A DNA stretch of 64,000 bases from NCBI GenBank assembly GCA_013265495.1, contig MU058065.1, forward strand, positions 3,823,003 through 3,887,002, read 5' to 3'. Under the pieces are notes generated by a model that saw nothing but the letters and a program-made list of their open reading frames with translations, did no database searches and had not been told where the DNA came from. This DNA comes from Vicugna vicugna (Eukaryota). This document shows, piece after piece, positions 1 through 13,139 of this stretch. Position numbers and translations under genes: made by a program. Numbering within the stretch: the first letter of the stretch is position 1; every line of letters starts with the position of its first letter.

Positions 1-1134
1 TCCTCCTCACTTCTTCACTCCTAGCCAGAATACAGGGTCCCACAGGCTCTACCTCACTCACACTCTCCATTTTCAAAGGTCAAAGGCATCTATTTCTTTT
101 ATTCATTAGGCTTTTAAGTAAATATGCCCACAACTTGATTCAGATAAGTAAAGTGAGTCTTTGAAAGATATGCCAGAAATGTGCAAAGTAATCTCAAATG
201 TGGGAGGTTTACTATGTCAAAAAAATTTGATGATGGTACATATTCATCTTCATGAAAGCTTGGTAGTTTGGATAGAAAGGAAAATTATCTGCTACTTGTA
301 GACTGGAGTCTAGTCTAGAATGTTAATATCACAAGGCTGATTTGCTATCACTTTACAGAGTTGGAGTTTGTGAGATAAGCATTTGGACAAACCTAATCTC
401 TTCCTTAGATACCAAGTCTGCCACTTTAGTATGCTGCCATTGTGTGGATGAAAGTTGCTAGTGCAAACAGTAGCTTTTCCATTGGGTGAACTAAGAGGTG
501 GAAGTAATTATACACAGATTTTTGATGGATGTTTTCTGTAATAGTCATTGTTAATGCCTGTCCCACATGCCCTTGGCCCATTTCTAAGTTCATTTGCAAC
601 CATGGTGGACAATTCCTGTACATATTGACCATGTTCTGTTGTAGGCTTTTCCCAGCATGACAGGAGCTGCCTATCTCTTATGTGGATGTTGCCATCAGTG
701 AGGATGTGAGTCAGCGTTCATCAGAGAGGTAATTCTGCAACATGAACTTGTGATAACTCAGTGGGTCCTGGAGCACTGAGCCTCAATTTTCTGTAGCTGC
801 AACATAGTCATTACTCTACCTCTCACTGGGATTTCTCCCTTAGAGATTAGATACAGTAATAGAGATAACACAATACGTGATACAGATCTTTGGTCTGTTT
901 TTGAAAAGGAATTTTCATAAATGTCTCTTAACCAAAGCAACTGCTTTGCTTTTTGTTGCCTTTATTCTTTGTATTCTTCTTTGGTACACAGACACACCTT
1001 CCCTTTAAGATTGCCCATGAAAGCAGAAACCAACACTATATTGTTTGTGTTTGTATCTCCATAAAATAACAGAAGACTTAACATGGTAGGGCCCTAACAA
1101 TTACACTTCAAATGGAAATTTTATGTATGTATGT

Positions 1135-1650
1135 ACATATTTTACAATTCAATGGGTTTCACTATTTTCACAAAGTCGTACAACCAACACCATTATCTAA
1201 TTCCAGAACATATTCATTAATTCAAACAGAAACCCTGTACCAAAACCTCCTTCTTCTAATCCTCTGGCAACCACTGACCTAGTTTCTGTCTCTATAGAGT
1301 TGCCTATTCCAGACATTTATTAAAAATGGAATCAAACCATATATACCTTACATTTGGTTTCTTTCATGTAGCATAATATTTTCAAGGTTTGTTTGTGTTG
1401 TAGTATATATTAGTACTGCATTCCTTTTCATAGCTGAGTAATATTCCTTTGTATGGATGGATATACCGCCTTGTTTATCTCTTCATCAGTTGATGGACAT
1501 TTGGGCTGTTTCCACTTTTGGACTATTATGCATAATGCTGCTAAAGGTATTCACGTACAAGCAGTTGTACTATTTTACAGTCCCATCAGCAACGTATGTA
1601 AGTTCCAATTTTTTTCTATATCTTCACCACTTGTTATTGTCTTCATTTTT
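1135..1650 (-). mobile_element. Old L1 (L1MB-like) 3' region, with an internal deletion near 1565
   Basis: Recalled L1M 3' motifs in antisense: CCTCTGGCAACCACTGACCTAGTTTCTGTCTCTATAG, GTTGATGGACATTTGGGCTGTTTCCACTTTTGGACTATTATG. Confidence 0.8.
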
Positions 1651-2087
1651 ACTATGACTTTCCAACTCTCAGATTGAATTTGACTTGAAGGGAATGGTCT
1701 TTGGAGGACATCTTAACATTCTTTTTTTCTCTATCAATTTGCTGTCCCATGAAACTTCTTTCATGGTGAAGCAACAAAAGTTTCTAAAAAGAAACTCCAT
1801 GAAGTGGCTGATAATTGTTGACTTTTATGAAGACTGTAATTGTCTTGCAGCCATGGATATTTTCTATTGCAGTTCCCTTTTCAAATCTAATAAAATCAGA
1901 GATAGTTCAGCATAGTATAATGTGCAGCTCTGACCTTATCAAGTTGTGTGGCCACAGGAAACTCTTTTCCTCTCTGGACTTCAGGCATCTTATTTGTATA
2001 TAGAATAAGGCATGTTCAATATATTTTTTTGGAATGTTGGAATAAATTTTCTCAAAGTTTACTTTTAGTTTTGAAATTCATTGCAAG

Positions 2088-2243
2088 ATTTTTCTTCCTC
2101 CTTCCCCTCCTCCATATCTCCCTCCTCTTCCTCCCCTCCTAAACTTCCTCCTCTTCCTCCCCTCCTAAACTTCCTTCTCCTCCTCTTTCTTCTTCTCCCC
2201 CTCTTCTTCCTCCTCTTTCTTCTACTTGCTCCATATTCCTTCC
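2088..2243. repeat. CT-rich polypyrimidine tract containing an exact 26-bp tandem duplication
   Basis: CCTCCTCTTCCTCCCCTCCTAAACTT at 2121-2146 and 2147-2172 inside ~150 bp of near-pure C/T. Confidence 0.9.
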
Positions 2244-2289
2244 ACTTAAGAATTGTTCCTCCTGTGTGGCAACTGATTCTAATGAAAAT

Positions 2290-2690
2290 TTCAGAGCCAA
2301 CATCTCTCATTTCAGAAGTGGAGCCAATTGAAATACTTATCCTGGGCTGAGTGATCAACTCAGGGATAGGAATACAGATCAACCTAGGATAATTAGAGTC
2401 CTTCCTGGGATCTCTCAGTCTGAGCTATCAGGGAGGATGCCATCTGCTGCTGGGATTACTGTGCTAAAGGAATATGAATCTTGCACTGCTGGTGGCTATC
2501 ATGCCCACCACATGGAAAGAATCTGTCTTAGCAATGAAGAGAGGGATTGCATCTTTTGAGGTCCTGCATTCTTCTGGACTTGTGCCAGACACACCCTTGC
2601 CTTTTTCAGCTATGTTTTTTGTGCATAACTAATTTTAAGTTGACTTTCAGCCACTTGTGTTAATCAGAAAATGTCTGACTAATATATACA
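2290..2690 (+). mobile_element. MaLR solo LTR (MLT1J/K-like)
   Basis: MLT1-type motifs AGAGTCCTTCCTGGGAT and GCTGGTGGCTATCATGCCCACCACATGGAAAGA; terminus CTGACTAATATATACA. Confidence 0.6.
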
Positions 2691-3249
2691 CAAACATTTA
2701 TTGAGTGCTCATAGTAGATACTCTGGAATAGACAAAGAAGTATAAGTCCACACTCTCAAGGAATTCACAAGGAGTTTAATTTACTTTAATGGTGAATATG
2801 TAGAAATAAGAAAGCCAGCTTTACAATTAAGGTTTTTATATGAAGAAAGATGCTTCGGCTGCCCACTCCACTCATCAGCACCTTAATCAATGTACCATTT
2901 CAGATACTCTGCTGTTTCATAGCACAGCCTCTCACACAGTTTTGGCATCTGGTGGTCCTGAATATTCTACCACGCATTAGCTGCATGATTTCTTTTCTTA
3001 TTTTTCTCTTAACGTTCAGAGCCTCATTTTTTTGGTCATTGTTGTTTTAAAGATTAAATAAAACAATTCAGAAAACACAGTTCCTGATCCCTAATACATC
3101 TTCATAAATTTACTCCGTTTCTCGGTCTAGAAGCCATCCCCAGTCTTAAAAAAAAATCAAACTAATTCACAATTTGTCTTAAAAAAATACATTTAAAGAG
3201 GGGAAAGCTTTTTTGTAGCAGTTGTATAAAAGAGTGTTTCACACATATC

Positions 3250-3720
3250 TTAAAGTAATAACCATTTATTTGGGAAAATGAAGTCACAAACACATTTAAA
3301 CAACATAATTTAATGGTTAGCACAGATGTTGGCACAGTTGAAGAAAACCAGCCGGCAGAGACTGATATTCACTGAATGTCCCTCATAGAGTGAAGAGGAC
3401 AACTAGAAACTTACACAACAACCAAAATCTATTTATTACGAATTAGTTTTCCTGAAAAGTGTGGACTTTCTGATTATGAGTTGTAATTGTGACAATTTCC
3501 CTATCACATCAGTAACATTACCAGTAAATCTACTTGGCATTGACCCCATGACTGGTTAGCACATAAATAAGAAATGAAAATAATGTAGTAACCCAAAGGG
3601 CATCCTGGTGAATCACCCCCATATTGTTATTATTGTTTAATGGGCACACATGATAAATTAATGTCATGTTAATGCATAATCAGTTTATCTTCTATTGACC
3701 CAGGGCCATGTATAAAGTGT
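3250..3720. promoter_or_regulatory. Candidate enhancer-like unique island
   Basis: No recognisable repeat; dense TAAT/ATTA, SOX-like ATTGTT x2 near 3622-3636, POU-like AATGCATAAT 3671-3680. Confidence 0.3.
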
Positions 3721-5739
3721 TCATTTGACTTTAAGTTGCATTTCTAGTTTTTCCAAACCTCAGTTACTCTTCGTTGCCCTTGCTTTACAGGCCTGACCTT
3801 AACTACAGGGTGACCAAAATTTGCTGAGGCAGTAAAAAGTAATTGAAAATATTCTAAGTTATTTCCTGAAATAATTATTCATTAGTGTACATATATAAAC
3901 TAAAAATCTGAAATGGGGTGAGGTTTGCTATTCCAGTCTAAAACAACGGCAAGTTTGTTTATAGAATAATCATCCTTTGAATCAATTATCTCTCTGATTA
4001 GATTACACTCATAAAGAAATGAATACAGTGCCCTTTAGAAATGCAATATAGTTATGAAAAAAAAAAAAGCCCACCCTCTCCCGGTACATTTTAATGATTA
4101 GCAAAGCTATCTCATGGTTTGGATGGAGGCCCAGGAAATGATCCAAATGGGATTATATTTTCTTAATCTATTAGGATAATGTACAACTTGCTTCCATTCT
4201 CCACCCTACCCCATCTAACTTGGCAAGTATTGTTAGCAGACCCTGAAATGGTGATATTCCAGAGACAGATTCACATACAGTTTATCATCTCCAGACTCTG
4301 TGTCTGTCATAGCCTGAAATCTTCAGAAGAAAGTATTGCTGACTAGAAGAGAATTCATGCGTTTCAGAATTTGACTGATTATAGGCACCCGGGTAATAGT
4401 CAGTGTGAGCAGCATTATGCAAACATACAAAGGTCACGGCCTTAGTTGCACACACACACCCAACCACCCACCCACCCACACACTCCGTAAAAAGCAACAA
4501 CGGGGATTGGGTTTCAAATTCAGAATCACAATTCAGAAAAAGCAAAGGTGATTTGGAGGAGTCCTTGTGTCTTAGCACCTGTTCTTAATCTGCATGCTTA
4601 GTCCAACAAACGTAAACAGCGGGGAGGAGAGAGATGCTGGTTTACAGTGATCAGGAGGACCAAGGAAGGCAACCATCCGAAACCCTTTCAGAATTAAAGA
4701 GGCCTGAAAAAAATAAAAAATAAAAAACTGGCGAGTCCTGCTCAGAGAAGACATCAAGACCTTGCTCCCTGCTAAGATGTGTTTGGTTAGACATAACCAT
4801 GACCGTTGAGAGACTCGGCGATAAGAGAAAAAGTCGCCAGTCACAGCAGAGAACAGGGATGCTATGCTTTCTTTTCCTTGCAGATACTTATGATCCCCAA
4901 GGGGCATCACGGGGCCTTGGTTTCTGGGACGTGATGCCACAAGCCAGGAAGAAAGTTTTATTTGGTACGTCAGTTGGAACAGGCTGCTCAGGCCACCTGG
5001 AGAAAAGGCCCAGCTGCAGATCTTCCACACCTACGGAACTTGGTGCGCCAAGCTGCCTGCCAGAAATGAAAAGGAATCCAGGAGGGAGAGATCTTTTAGC
5101 CAATCTCGTGCCATCTTAGACCCTTGTGGGTCCTCTGAGAGACTGTGGGTACTTACTTTGGGTAGTTAACATCAACTATAGGGCTGTTGACTGTGCTTTA
5201 TAGTTCAAGTTTATCTTGTAAACCACTTTGGTCAGAGAATTGAAAAGCATAAACATCTGACTGTCCAATAGAGTATTTACTGCCTATTTTCTGGTGGTAC
5301 TTTAATGGAGAATCTATTAGCCCCTAACTCCAGAGAGGTAAAAAAGAACTGTGTCATTTATAAGCAACTTATAGTTGAATTATGCTCAAATAGGATCTTA
5401 TTTTTTCTACTCACTTTGTATAAAGGTAGCTCCAAAGAATAGGATGGAGGTGTGGATGAAGGGAGCATTTTCTCTGTTATGTTAAACACTTCTGTCTTCT
5501 ATTTATTTAACATGAGCAAGCATTAGCTTGGATTAAGATTTAAAAATTGAGAAATGGGTAAAATTAGCCCCACTGCAGGAATAAAAGTTTTTTCTTACCC
5601 GTGATGGAGAAGCCCTACTAGAGAGGAACTCTGGGGCCTGGCTTCATGAAAACAGGCTAGATTTAGTGAGCTTACTGAATTTAGTAAAGAGGAATTATGT
5701 GGTGTGGACTGAAGGAAAGTGGCTTAGGGATCCACTTGG

Positions 5740-6060
5740 CCTTTATTCACTTATTTATATAAATATTTATATAGCGCCTACTCTGTGCCCGGCCCTGTGT
5801 TGGCAATGGGTTCTAGTGGAGAATAAAACACAATCCCTACCTTCATGTAGTTTATAATCAATAGATTAGCAAACAGACATTGAGCACATCTCATGCGCCA
5901 AGCAACAGGATGCTCTGGGCGTGGTGTGCAGGTGAACAGAAAGTGTCCTACTTTCAAGCTTATAGTTTCATGGCGAAGTTGGATGGAAACATTATCATCC
6001 CAGGCTGTGTGTGATGAGGCCTATAGTAGAGTTGCAGGTCAAGGACTGGAGCGCATAGAG
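5740..6060 (-). mobile_element. L2 3'-end remnants (two adjacent)
   Basis: L2 tail motifs ATTTATATAGCGCCTACTCTGTGCCCGGCCCTGTG and CATTGAGCACATCTCATGCGCCAAGCA. Confidence 0.6.
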
Positions 6061-7999
6061 TTCTTTTAATCCATTCTTTGTATTAACTTTATAATTTTTT
6101 AGAGCTTTCCTCTGGGAAGCATTGGTTTTTATTAATTGTATCAGAAAGGAGCCATAGAAAGCAATGGACAGAACATTTCAACTTGATTGAGGCACGGCTC
6201 CACTGCATTTGTGCAACACTTACTTCCCTGTGAATAGGATTCCTGGGGGCTCCTTTTGTCTATGAACACGCTAATGAAGCTTACTTCCTCATGGGGCTGG
6301 CTTTGCATGGGCTAGCAACTGCAGGCTGCTGGGACCCTCTGGATGAATGGATGCTGGGAGGACAAGAGGATGTTATAATACATTGAGTTTTGAGGCTCCT
6401 GCACTGCCTCAAGGACTCATGGTCTGAAGCCATTGCTTATATACTGATGCTTTTTGTCCTGCTCACTACAAACAAGCCTATGAGCAAGTTATCCAACAGT
6501 TCCTGGAAAGTCACCCGGAATGACATTTCTGGAATCTACTCATTTACTTATTGGATTTCCCTCGTTCAAAGAAGCAGGTTAATCGCTAGTCTTGAGGCTC
6601 CAAAGAAAGCTATAAGGGAGCTAGAATTTTCCGACATCCTTACTGGTTACATTTTCCGTTTGTTAGTCCATTCACTTTTGCAATATTTCTGGAAATGCAT
6701 GTGAATACTAAGCCAGATATTTAGGCGTCCAGAGGTGGAGTTGTTTAAATTATTATTCAATGAGGGGTGATTTGTGCTTTCAAATATGTGTTTGTCCTTT
6801 AGATCCTTAACCTTTAGCCAATTCCATGTTTGTCATGATTTATTTTCTATATATGTTTTTGACCTTCTCTTGGCAGATGGCTTCAACATTATCTTCGTCG
6901 AGAATGATTCTGACACTGGCTAGAGAGATACAATTGTGCTCTGTTTATGCAATATAGCTAGCCAGAGCACTTTTTTTAAGCTGTCGTCATACATCACTGT
7001 CAGTATTTTGAACCACTAAATTGTTATTAAAAATTCAGGGACAATAATCCATTTTGAGAATACCATGAGAGAAGCAAATACTATAATGACTGATTGACAT
7101 TTCAGGAATAACATCATTCAAGACATGCTAATTTCCTTGCAACCCATTTCCTTGGATAAGTGTCTATTGTATAAATAAGTTTGGTTTCTAGCCCCTTCCC
7201 AGCATTTGCTTTTGATGAGAGAGTCTTGATATTAAAAAAGAAAATCATCCGAAATGAAATTTGCTTATGTTCTGCATGATTCTACAGCCAAAAAAAAAAA
7301 AAAAAAAGCCTGTTTCACGGCTAGAATAAATGACTTTCTTTACCAGAAAAGAGTTTTGTATCACATGGTTTCCTCTATTTCTTGAGAAACAAACTGCTAT
7401 AATAAGCACCTAACCTGGCTTGTGGACTGGTTTGGGAGTAACGAGCTCTGATAGATAGAGAGTCTGGAGACGGCAGAGTTTTGGTCCCAACTCTGCCAGG
7501 ACAAAGCTGTCAATACGACCTTGAGCAGAGGATTTAAGGATTTAATTTCTCATAGTTGTGGCTGAATTTGGAGTTTTGTTTCTTTGCTGTTTTATTTTAT
7601 TTTCTTTAAATCAAGCATGTTTGGGTGTGTTCTAGATCTGGTAGGCCATGATGAGATGCCCAGGAAAAAACATCAGTGAGTGTTCACTGATACTCTTTCT
7701 CTGTGCTTTATGGAAAGACAGCTTTTTTTTTTTTTCAGTCAAGAGTGAGAAATTGACCTTCCAATTCCATGATTTTCAATTATCTCCATCCTGTGAACCA
7801 TTTTGACAGAACAAAAGGCTTGCAGATGATTCATTCTGTAACTTTTTCTTGTCACTACAAAACAAAAGAAAAAATAAATGGGTTTATTAATGGAAAATAT
7901 GTTGCTTTTTCAATCAGATGCTAATGAGAATGATCATAAGCAAACTGTTCATTTTTTTTGTACCAGAAAGCATAGATTCTAGAATTATAAAAGGATTGA

Positions 8000-8560
8000 T
8001 AGCAATAATTTGCATTTATGTGATGTCCAACTTTATAAAACACCTGCATTTAAACAAAAACCTCATTTGACCCTCATGAATCAGAGTATTATCTTTTCTA
8101 TTTGATAGATGAGAAGACTGAAGTTGAGTTATGAAAGGTCAAGCCAGATCAAAATCCCTGTATTCCATTTCTTAATTCAGTTTGTTCTGCATTATACTAA
8201 GCGGCCTCCATGATCTCATAGCAGGATAATACAAACCATGAAGTTGTGAGTGCCTCCAACATTACTTTTGGATACTGGGATGACACTTTTCATCATAAAG
8301 TGCGTCTTTGGAAAAGAACCACTGGGAGGGGACAGTATTATCAGTGGAGTAATAATTACGGTAATAAAGAGCACTTCATATTTCTATAGATATCTACAGG
8401 GTGCTGAGTACTTATTTCAGAGGATCCTTGAACCAACAGCCTGACATGAATTCTGTTCTCCTTTGGTTGTAGGTGTGGAAACCTGTAATAAAGGCTGAAT
8501 GCTTGCCTTACACAACTGGCATTTGGCAGAGCTTGGACTCAGCCCAGGAGTATGATATTT
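8000..8560 (-). mobile_element. MIR remnants (cluster)
   Basis: MIR core antisense-like TATTATCTTTTCTATTTGATAGATGAGAAGACTGAAG; second copy near 8340-8550 ending GGCAGAGCTTGGACTCAGCCCAGG. Confidence 0.55.
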
Positions 8561-11500
8561 ACCTCATCCGACACTACATAGGTTTAAATGACATTGGGAG
8601 GCACATTTGGCTGTCCTTAATGATTGAAATTTTTCAAAGCACAACACAATTAGCTTTTAACTACTAATTATTCTTTCATGGAGGAAAGGGAGACATATAA
8701 AAGGCAGGCGATATAAATTACTGATTAAAAGTATGAACTTCAGAGTGAGATAAAATTCCACTTTTTGCTGATCTATTAATATTAGGATAATGGATAATCG
8801 TACCCACATATATTCTTTAAGAACTCCTTTAAGGAGAGAGGGGTCTCTCTAGAGTGGGCTTCCTTTCCTGTCTCCCACCTAATGGTAATGGAATTAAATT
8901 CTGATCCTAGCACCTGATCTGCACTCACACTTTGCAGTGAAATGCATTTCAGTTGTCAAAGCAAAAGTCACAACCATTTGCCACTTAAGCATCTTTTTCC
9001 CTAATGCCTGGAATACATTAATATCAGAAATGAGGAAGCATCCATTTGGGGCCTGCCCTCTCTTCAGCCATGATTACTGTGACTCAGTTAAGATTAGTGT
9101 GGAATCTGACTTTCAGAGTGTAGATAGCTAAAGGGGACCCAAGGGCTGGGGCTATGACGGGTTGAACAGTCACCTATAGATTCTGTATGCTCTTAGCACT
9201 TCCAGTGTTGGAATCATTTTTCTATGTACCGCATTAATTAAAAATGGTACATGAATTACTGATTGGTCTTGTTACTTGCTAGAAAGTAACAAGAGATATG
9301 TGTAGACAGCAGACAATTCGGTGGGGACTGGCTGCTTCATTTGCAATATTGGTTGGAATCACGAGAGAACATGGCAAGAGGGAAGTTAGGATGCGTCCAA
9401 ATGGACAGAATGGACTTAGAAGAATGAAACATACTTCCTTCTTGTCATTTTTTTAAGGCATTTCCCCCAAATCCCTTGGCTGAAATCCAAAATCACTTTC
9501 ACCAACGTACTAGGGTGAGGGGCAGGAAGTTAACGATGTTCTAGCCCTAGTTTTTGCATAGATGGAAGTGTCTGCACTTGCAATACATTTGACATGCATT
9601 AGTAGACTACTACATGTACTCACAGGTGTGTGAGAGTTAAGTGAGGAATCACCTGTCATATCCTAAACATTGCAACGTAGTGCTGGGAACTACTTCTAAT
9701 AATGATGATAACAGCAAAAGCGAGTAATAATTATTGTTCAGAAATTGAAACCCATAGGGAAGAGCTAGGAAAACGTAATGCCCAGTTTTGGACTAAAGAA
9801 AAGAAAGAAGAAAAAGCCTTGCTTTGTCTGCTTGGAATTCTGGACCCAATTACGTCTGGAGTCTGCATTCTCTCCTCGACTGCCACCATTAGGTTTTGTG
9901 ATTTAATGTTTGTGTGGTTTCATGGCCTCACATGAAAACCAGAACAATATCTCCTCCCACAGAATGCCAGGAGTATCTGCAGAATGAGAAATGTGCAGTG
10001 AGGTTTGAGCTGAAGCCCAGCAATACAAATTGTGGTTGCTGGCATCATGAAGACGAAAACGCAGAGCCAAAAATCAAATGCTTTCTGGGGACTGCAATCA
10101 AAGACAACAGCCTTATCATTGACTTCCACGACCTCTTCAGCCAAAGCCTCAGTGTTTTGTATCAGTAGCCTGGAGCCAAAGATCTTGGTTCTGGAAACCA
10201 ATGGTCCTTTCCTAATGCACCATCAACACAAAGAAATGCTTTGTCATTTTGGGGTTTGCAGTGAAGATTCACTGATAAATGCTTGTTAACAATTTACAGA
10301 GAGTTAAGGAAATGGAAAGAACTCATGAAAATGTCTTCCTTCTCTAAATAACAGTCCCTGCTTCCAACTCATTTGTCTCAGGTACAGAGTTGGTCATGAA
10401 GTTCCTTTTCAATTAACTTAGGTGAGAGCAGAATCCATTCTTCGTAAACTTTTTTTCTTTTTCCCAGGGAAAAATGCTTTTCAAATCACCATCTGCTCCT
10501 CGGCATCTCTGTGCTTGCTACTCTTCAATGCAACTTTGGTGAAATCCAACAGGAGAGCAGAGGGCTCAGAGGTGGGTAGAGGTCTGACAAGTGTCACAGA
10601 ACCAAGATAAATGAACGTGCTGTTCAATGCTTAGAGCCAACGTGTTCCCACTGGTTCAATGTGCACCACTTGCAAAGATAGCACTGGTCACCTTCCACCC
10701 GAGGTGTCCAAGAATATATCTCTGAAAGATTATTTTTCTTGCCAAAAACACAAGCATGTTCAAGATAGAAACTTTTTTGCTTCCTTTTCTCTTAAATCCA
10801 ACTTAATGAGCAGGGTGATTTCAGAACTGCCGAGGAAAACAAATCAATTCTTTTTGGTTTTTAAAAACTAACAAGAAATGCTGAGTGAGTAAAAGGCATC
10901 AAGGCAGCGTTCAGTAAATGCGCCTGCCCTGGGGAGGGAGGTCAAGTTAGAATTGTGTTTGACTGCTCGAGTTTACTAAAAAAAAAATGTAAGTACCATT
11001 ACTGGAGATAAAATATCGTATGTGTGCATTAGCTCTTGGCTAGATAGCCAATACTCATGTACACGGTATAATTTTTATATATAAATGGATGCACTACAAA
11101 TCAATGCTGTCTAATCTCAGCTGAGCCCTCAATACTGCTCAGAAACACTGCTATTCATCTGATTTCCTATCACACTCCCTCTCTGGGCCAGCACAAGCCT
11201 TTTGTAACTCTGACTGGTTCCACTCCCCAACACCCTCCAGCTGATGGCTCCTTCCCCAGAGGCTCCCTTTACTTCCTTCCTCTTCCAAACAAGACCCTTC
11301 ACGTGTAGCCTTGGTTTTGCCCCTTTCTATTCTTTGGGGGTTATAGGATTGAAAATCTCCTTGTTCGGTCCTCCAGCATTATGTTTCAGAGCTTTGCAAG
11401 GCTTTTGCTTGTCTTTGCAGGAATGTCACCTAGCTCAAGTTCTATGTTTACTATGCTCCATAGACTTCCTTGCAACTGGGACCACGGTTTTGGTGACCCC

Positions 11501-11739
11501 CGTCGCAGTGTCTGACCTTGCCTGGTGGAGGAACATTCCAGAGCTCCTTGCTCGTCCACCAGCAGCGACAACTTCTTTATGGAATTCTCCTATTTTGAAA
11601 CACCTTCCCTGAAACCTGGTATTTTTTCCAGCTACTGATCATTTCTTTCCTTTTTGTCGCTGCTGAATTTCTGACAATTGAATTTTTATATCAATTGCTT
11701 CTGTTTTCTTGTCTTCCACTTATATCTCAAGCCTGTCCT

Positions 11740-12650
11740 CATACACTGGCAAAAAACTGACTTTCCTTTGGTTCGTGGGGTACTGCATTTTCCTAGTTTT
11801 CTTTCCTTCTGGTGGATTCTTCTTAGGCTCTTCATCGTCTTCCCATTTTCTAAAGGTAGGTACTCCGTGTAATCAAATGTTAGGACATCTTGGAGATTTA
11901 ATTTATTTCTATATTTTAACTAAGGTCCTTAACAGCAATGATTACAAAATCTATGTCCCTAACCCATCCTCTCTCCAGAGCTCAATTACCTAGTCCCAGC
12001 CCCACTGCTAACTTCCACTTAGATGTCCATTAATACTATAGCTTCATTTTTTTTAAAACTCTGCATATTATCTCCTCTTCAAAATCCCTCCTCCTCTTAT
12101 CTTCCCTAATTCTGTTAATGGCACCATCACAAAATCACTATCAAAATTTTAGGATTATCTTTATTTTCTCCTCCTTTCTGTTGCTACCTTGATTGATCAC
12201 CATGCTCTGAAGAATCTCCCTCCCTCCTGTCACCTGTCAGTTCCTTCTGAATCACTATTCGTGTTCCAGCTTCCTCAGTCTGGGCCCTCCCCTTCTCTTC
12301 CCTGTGCCTCCAGAGTTCTCCTCACTGCTTCCTCCGACTACCAGTTTCTTTCCTGCAATCCATCCCCCACGTGGCTCTTCAAGTTTTCTTTCTCAGACTC
12401 ATCATCCTACCAAGTCTTCATGTCTAAGAATATTCTGTACTCTTCTGCCTGAAAGGTTGAATTCAAAACACGTTTTATATCATTTCAAGTCTTCCACAAC
12501 ATCTTTTTCCTTCTACTTTCCCATAACTACCCTTTACTCATCTTATGATCAAACTCTCCTTTCCCCCTCCATTCCTATTTGTTGACATTGAACCCATATT
12601 TCAAAGACAAGTTCAAGGCTTAACAGACCCTTGTGCAAAGTCTTCTCTGG
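11740..12650 (+). mobile_element. L2 fragment
   Basis: Pyrimidine-rich L2 motifs CTTCCACTTAGATGTCC, CTGTTAATGGCACCATC, TCAAAGACAAGTTCAAG. Confidence 0.6.
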
Positions 12651-12660
12651 ATACCCTATT

Positions 12661-12908
12661 TTTTTACAAAGTTTTTTTAAAATTTCTTTTTGTTTTTAAC
12701 ATTTTTTATAAAGTTTTTTCCACTTCTTTTTTAACATTTAAAATTTATTTTATTTATTTATTATTGTATTGCTTAATTACTTTTATTTTGGCAGTGGTGG
12801 GGGAGAGGTAATTAGGTTTATTTATTTTTAAAGGAGATACTGGGGATAGAACCCAGGACCTCATGCATGCAAAGCATGTGTTCTACCACCTGAGCTATAC
12901 CCTCTCCC
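12661..12908 (-). mobile_element. tRNA-Ala-derived SINE (camelid Vic-1-like) with long AT-rich tail and 14-bp TSD
   Basis: Minus strand reads GGGGAGAGGGTATAGCTCAGGTGGTAGAACACATGCTTTGCATGCATGAGGTCCTGGGTTCTATCCCCAGTATCTCC (A and B boxes); TSD CTGGA(T/C)ACCCTATT at 12647-12660 and 12909-12922. Confidence 0.9.
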
Positions 12909-13139
12909 CTGGACACCCTATTATGAATTGCCTCTTCCTACTCCTTCAAGCATCTTCTGCTGAATCTTCTGAAGCCCTTTCCGCTGCCTTGCGTTACTGT
13001 CAGGTTTGTGACTTAAGAGTTTATGTTGCTCTCGACTCCCTCAAAGTACTTGGACCTTGAGGAGGCACTCACTGCTTCATGGAGCAAGCTGACAGTGATG
13101 AGAACAAAAGCCTGATGTTTATTATTCCGATATCATTTT

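Noticed and set aside
644..711. Possible exon bounded by TAG and GTGAGT
   Set aside because: Two frames stop, the third gives no recognisable peptide, and no partner exons were found
2065..2382. Arg/Lys-rich protamine-like ORF (minus) and Leu/Pro-rich ORF (plus)
   Set aside because: Both are translations of the CT low-complexity tract running into an LTR; no gene structure
4285..5119. Overlapping 71-152 aa ORFs on both strands
   Set aside because: No recognisable domain; includes simple-repeat translation; lengths plausible by chance
6916..6970. CTGGCTAG...CTAGCCAG hairpin as a possible miRNA precursor
   Set aside because: Stem too short and discontinuous; matches no miRNA I recognise
8824..8854. 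Chain of three short overlapping inverted repeats
   Set aside because: Arms are only 4-6 bp in low-complexity AG/CT sequence
12832..12908. Possible tRNA-Ala gene
   Set aside because: Degenerate stems, AT-rich tail and TSD identify it as a SINE
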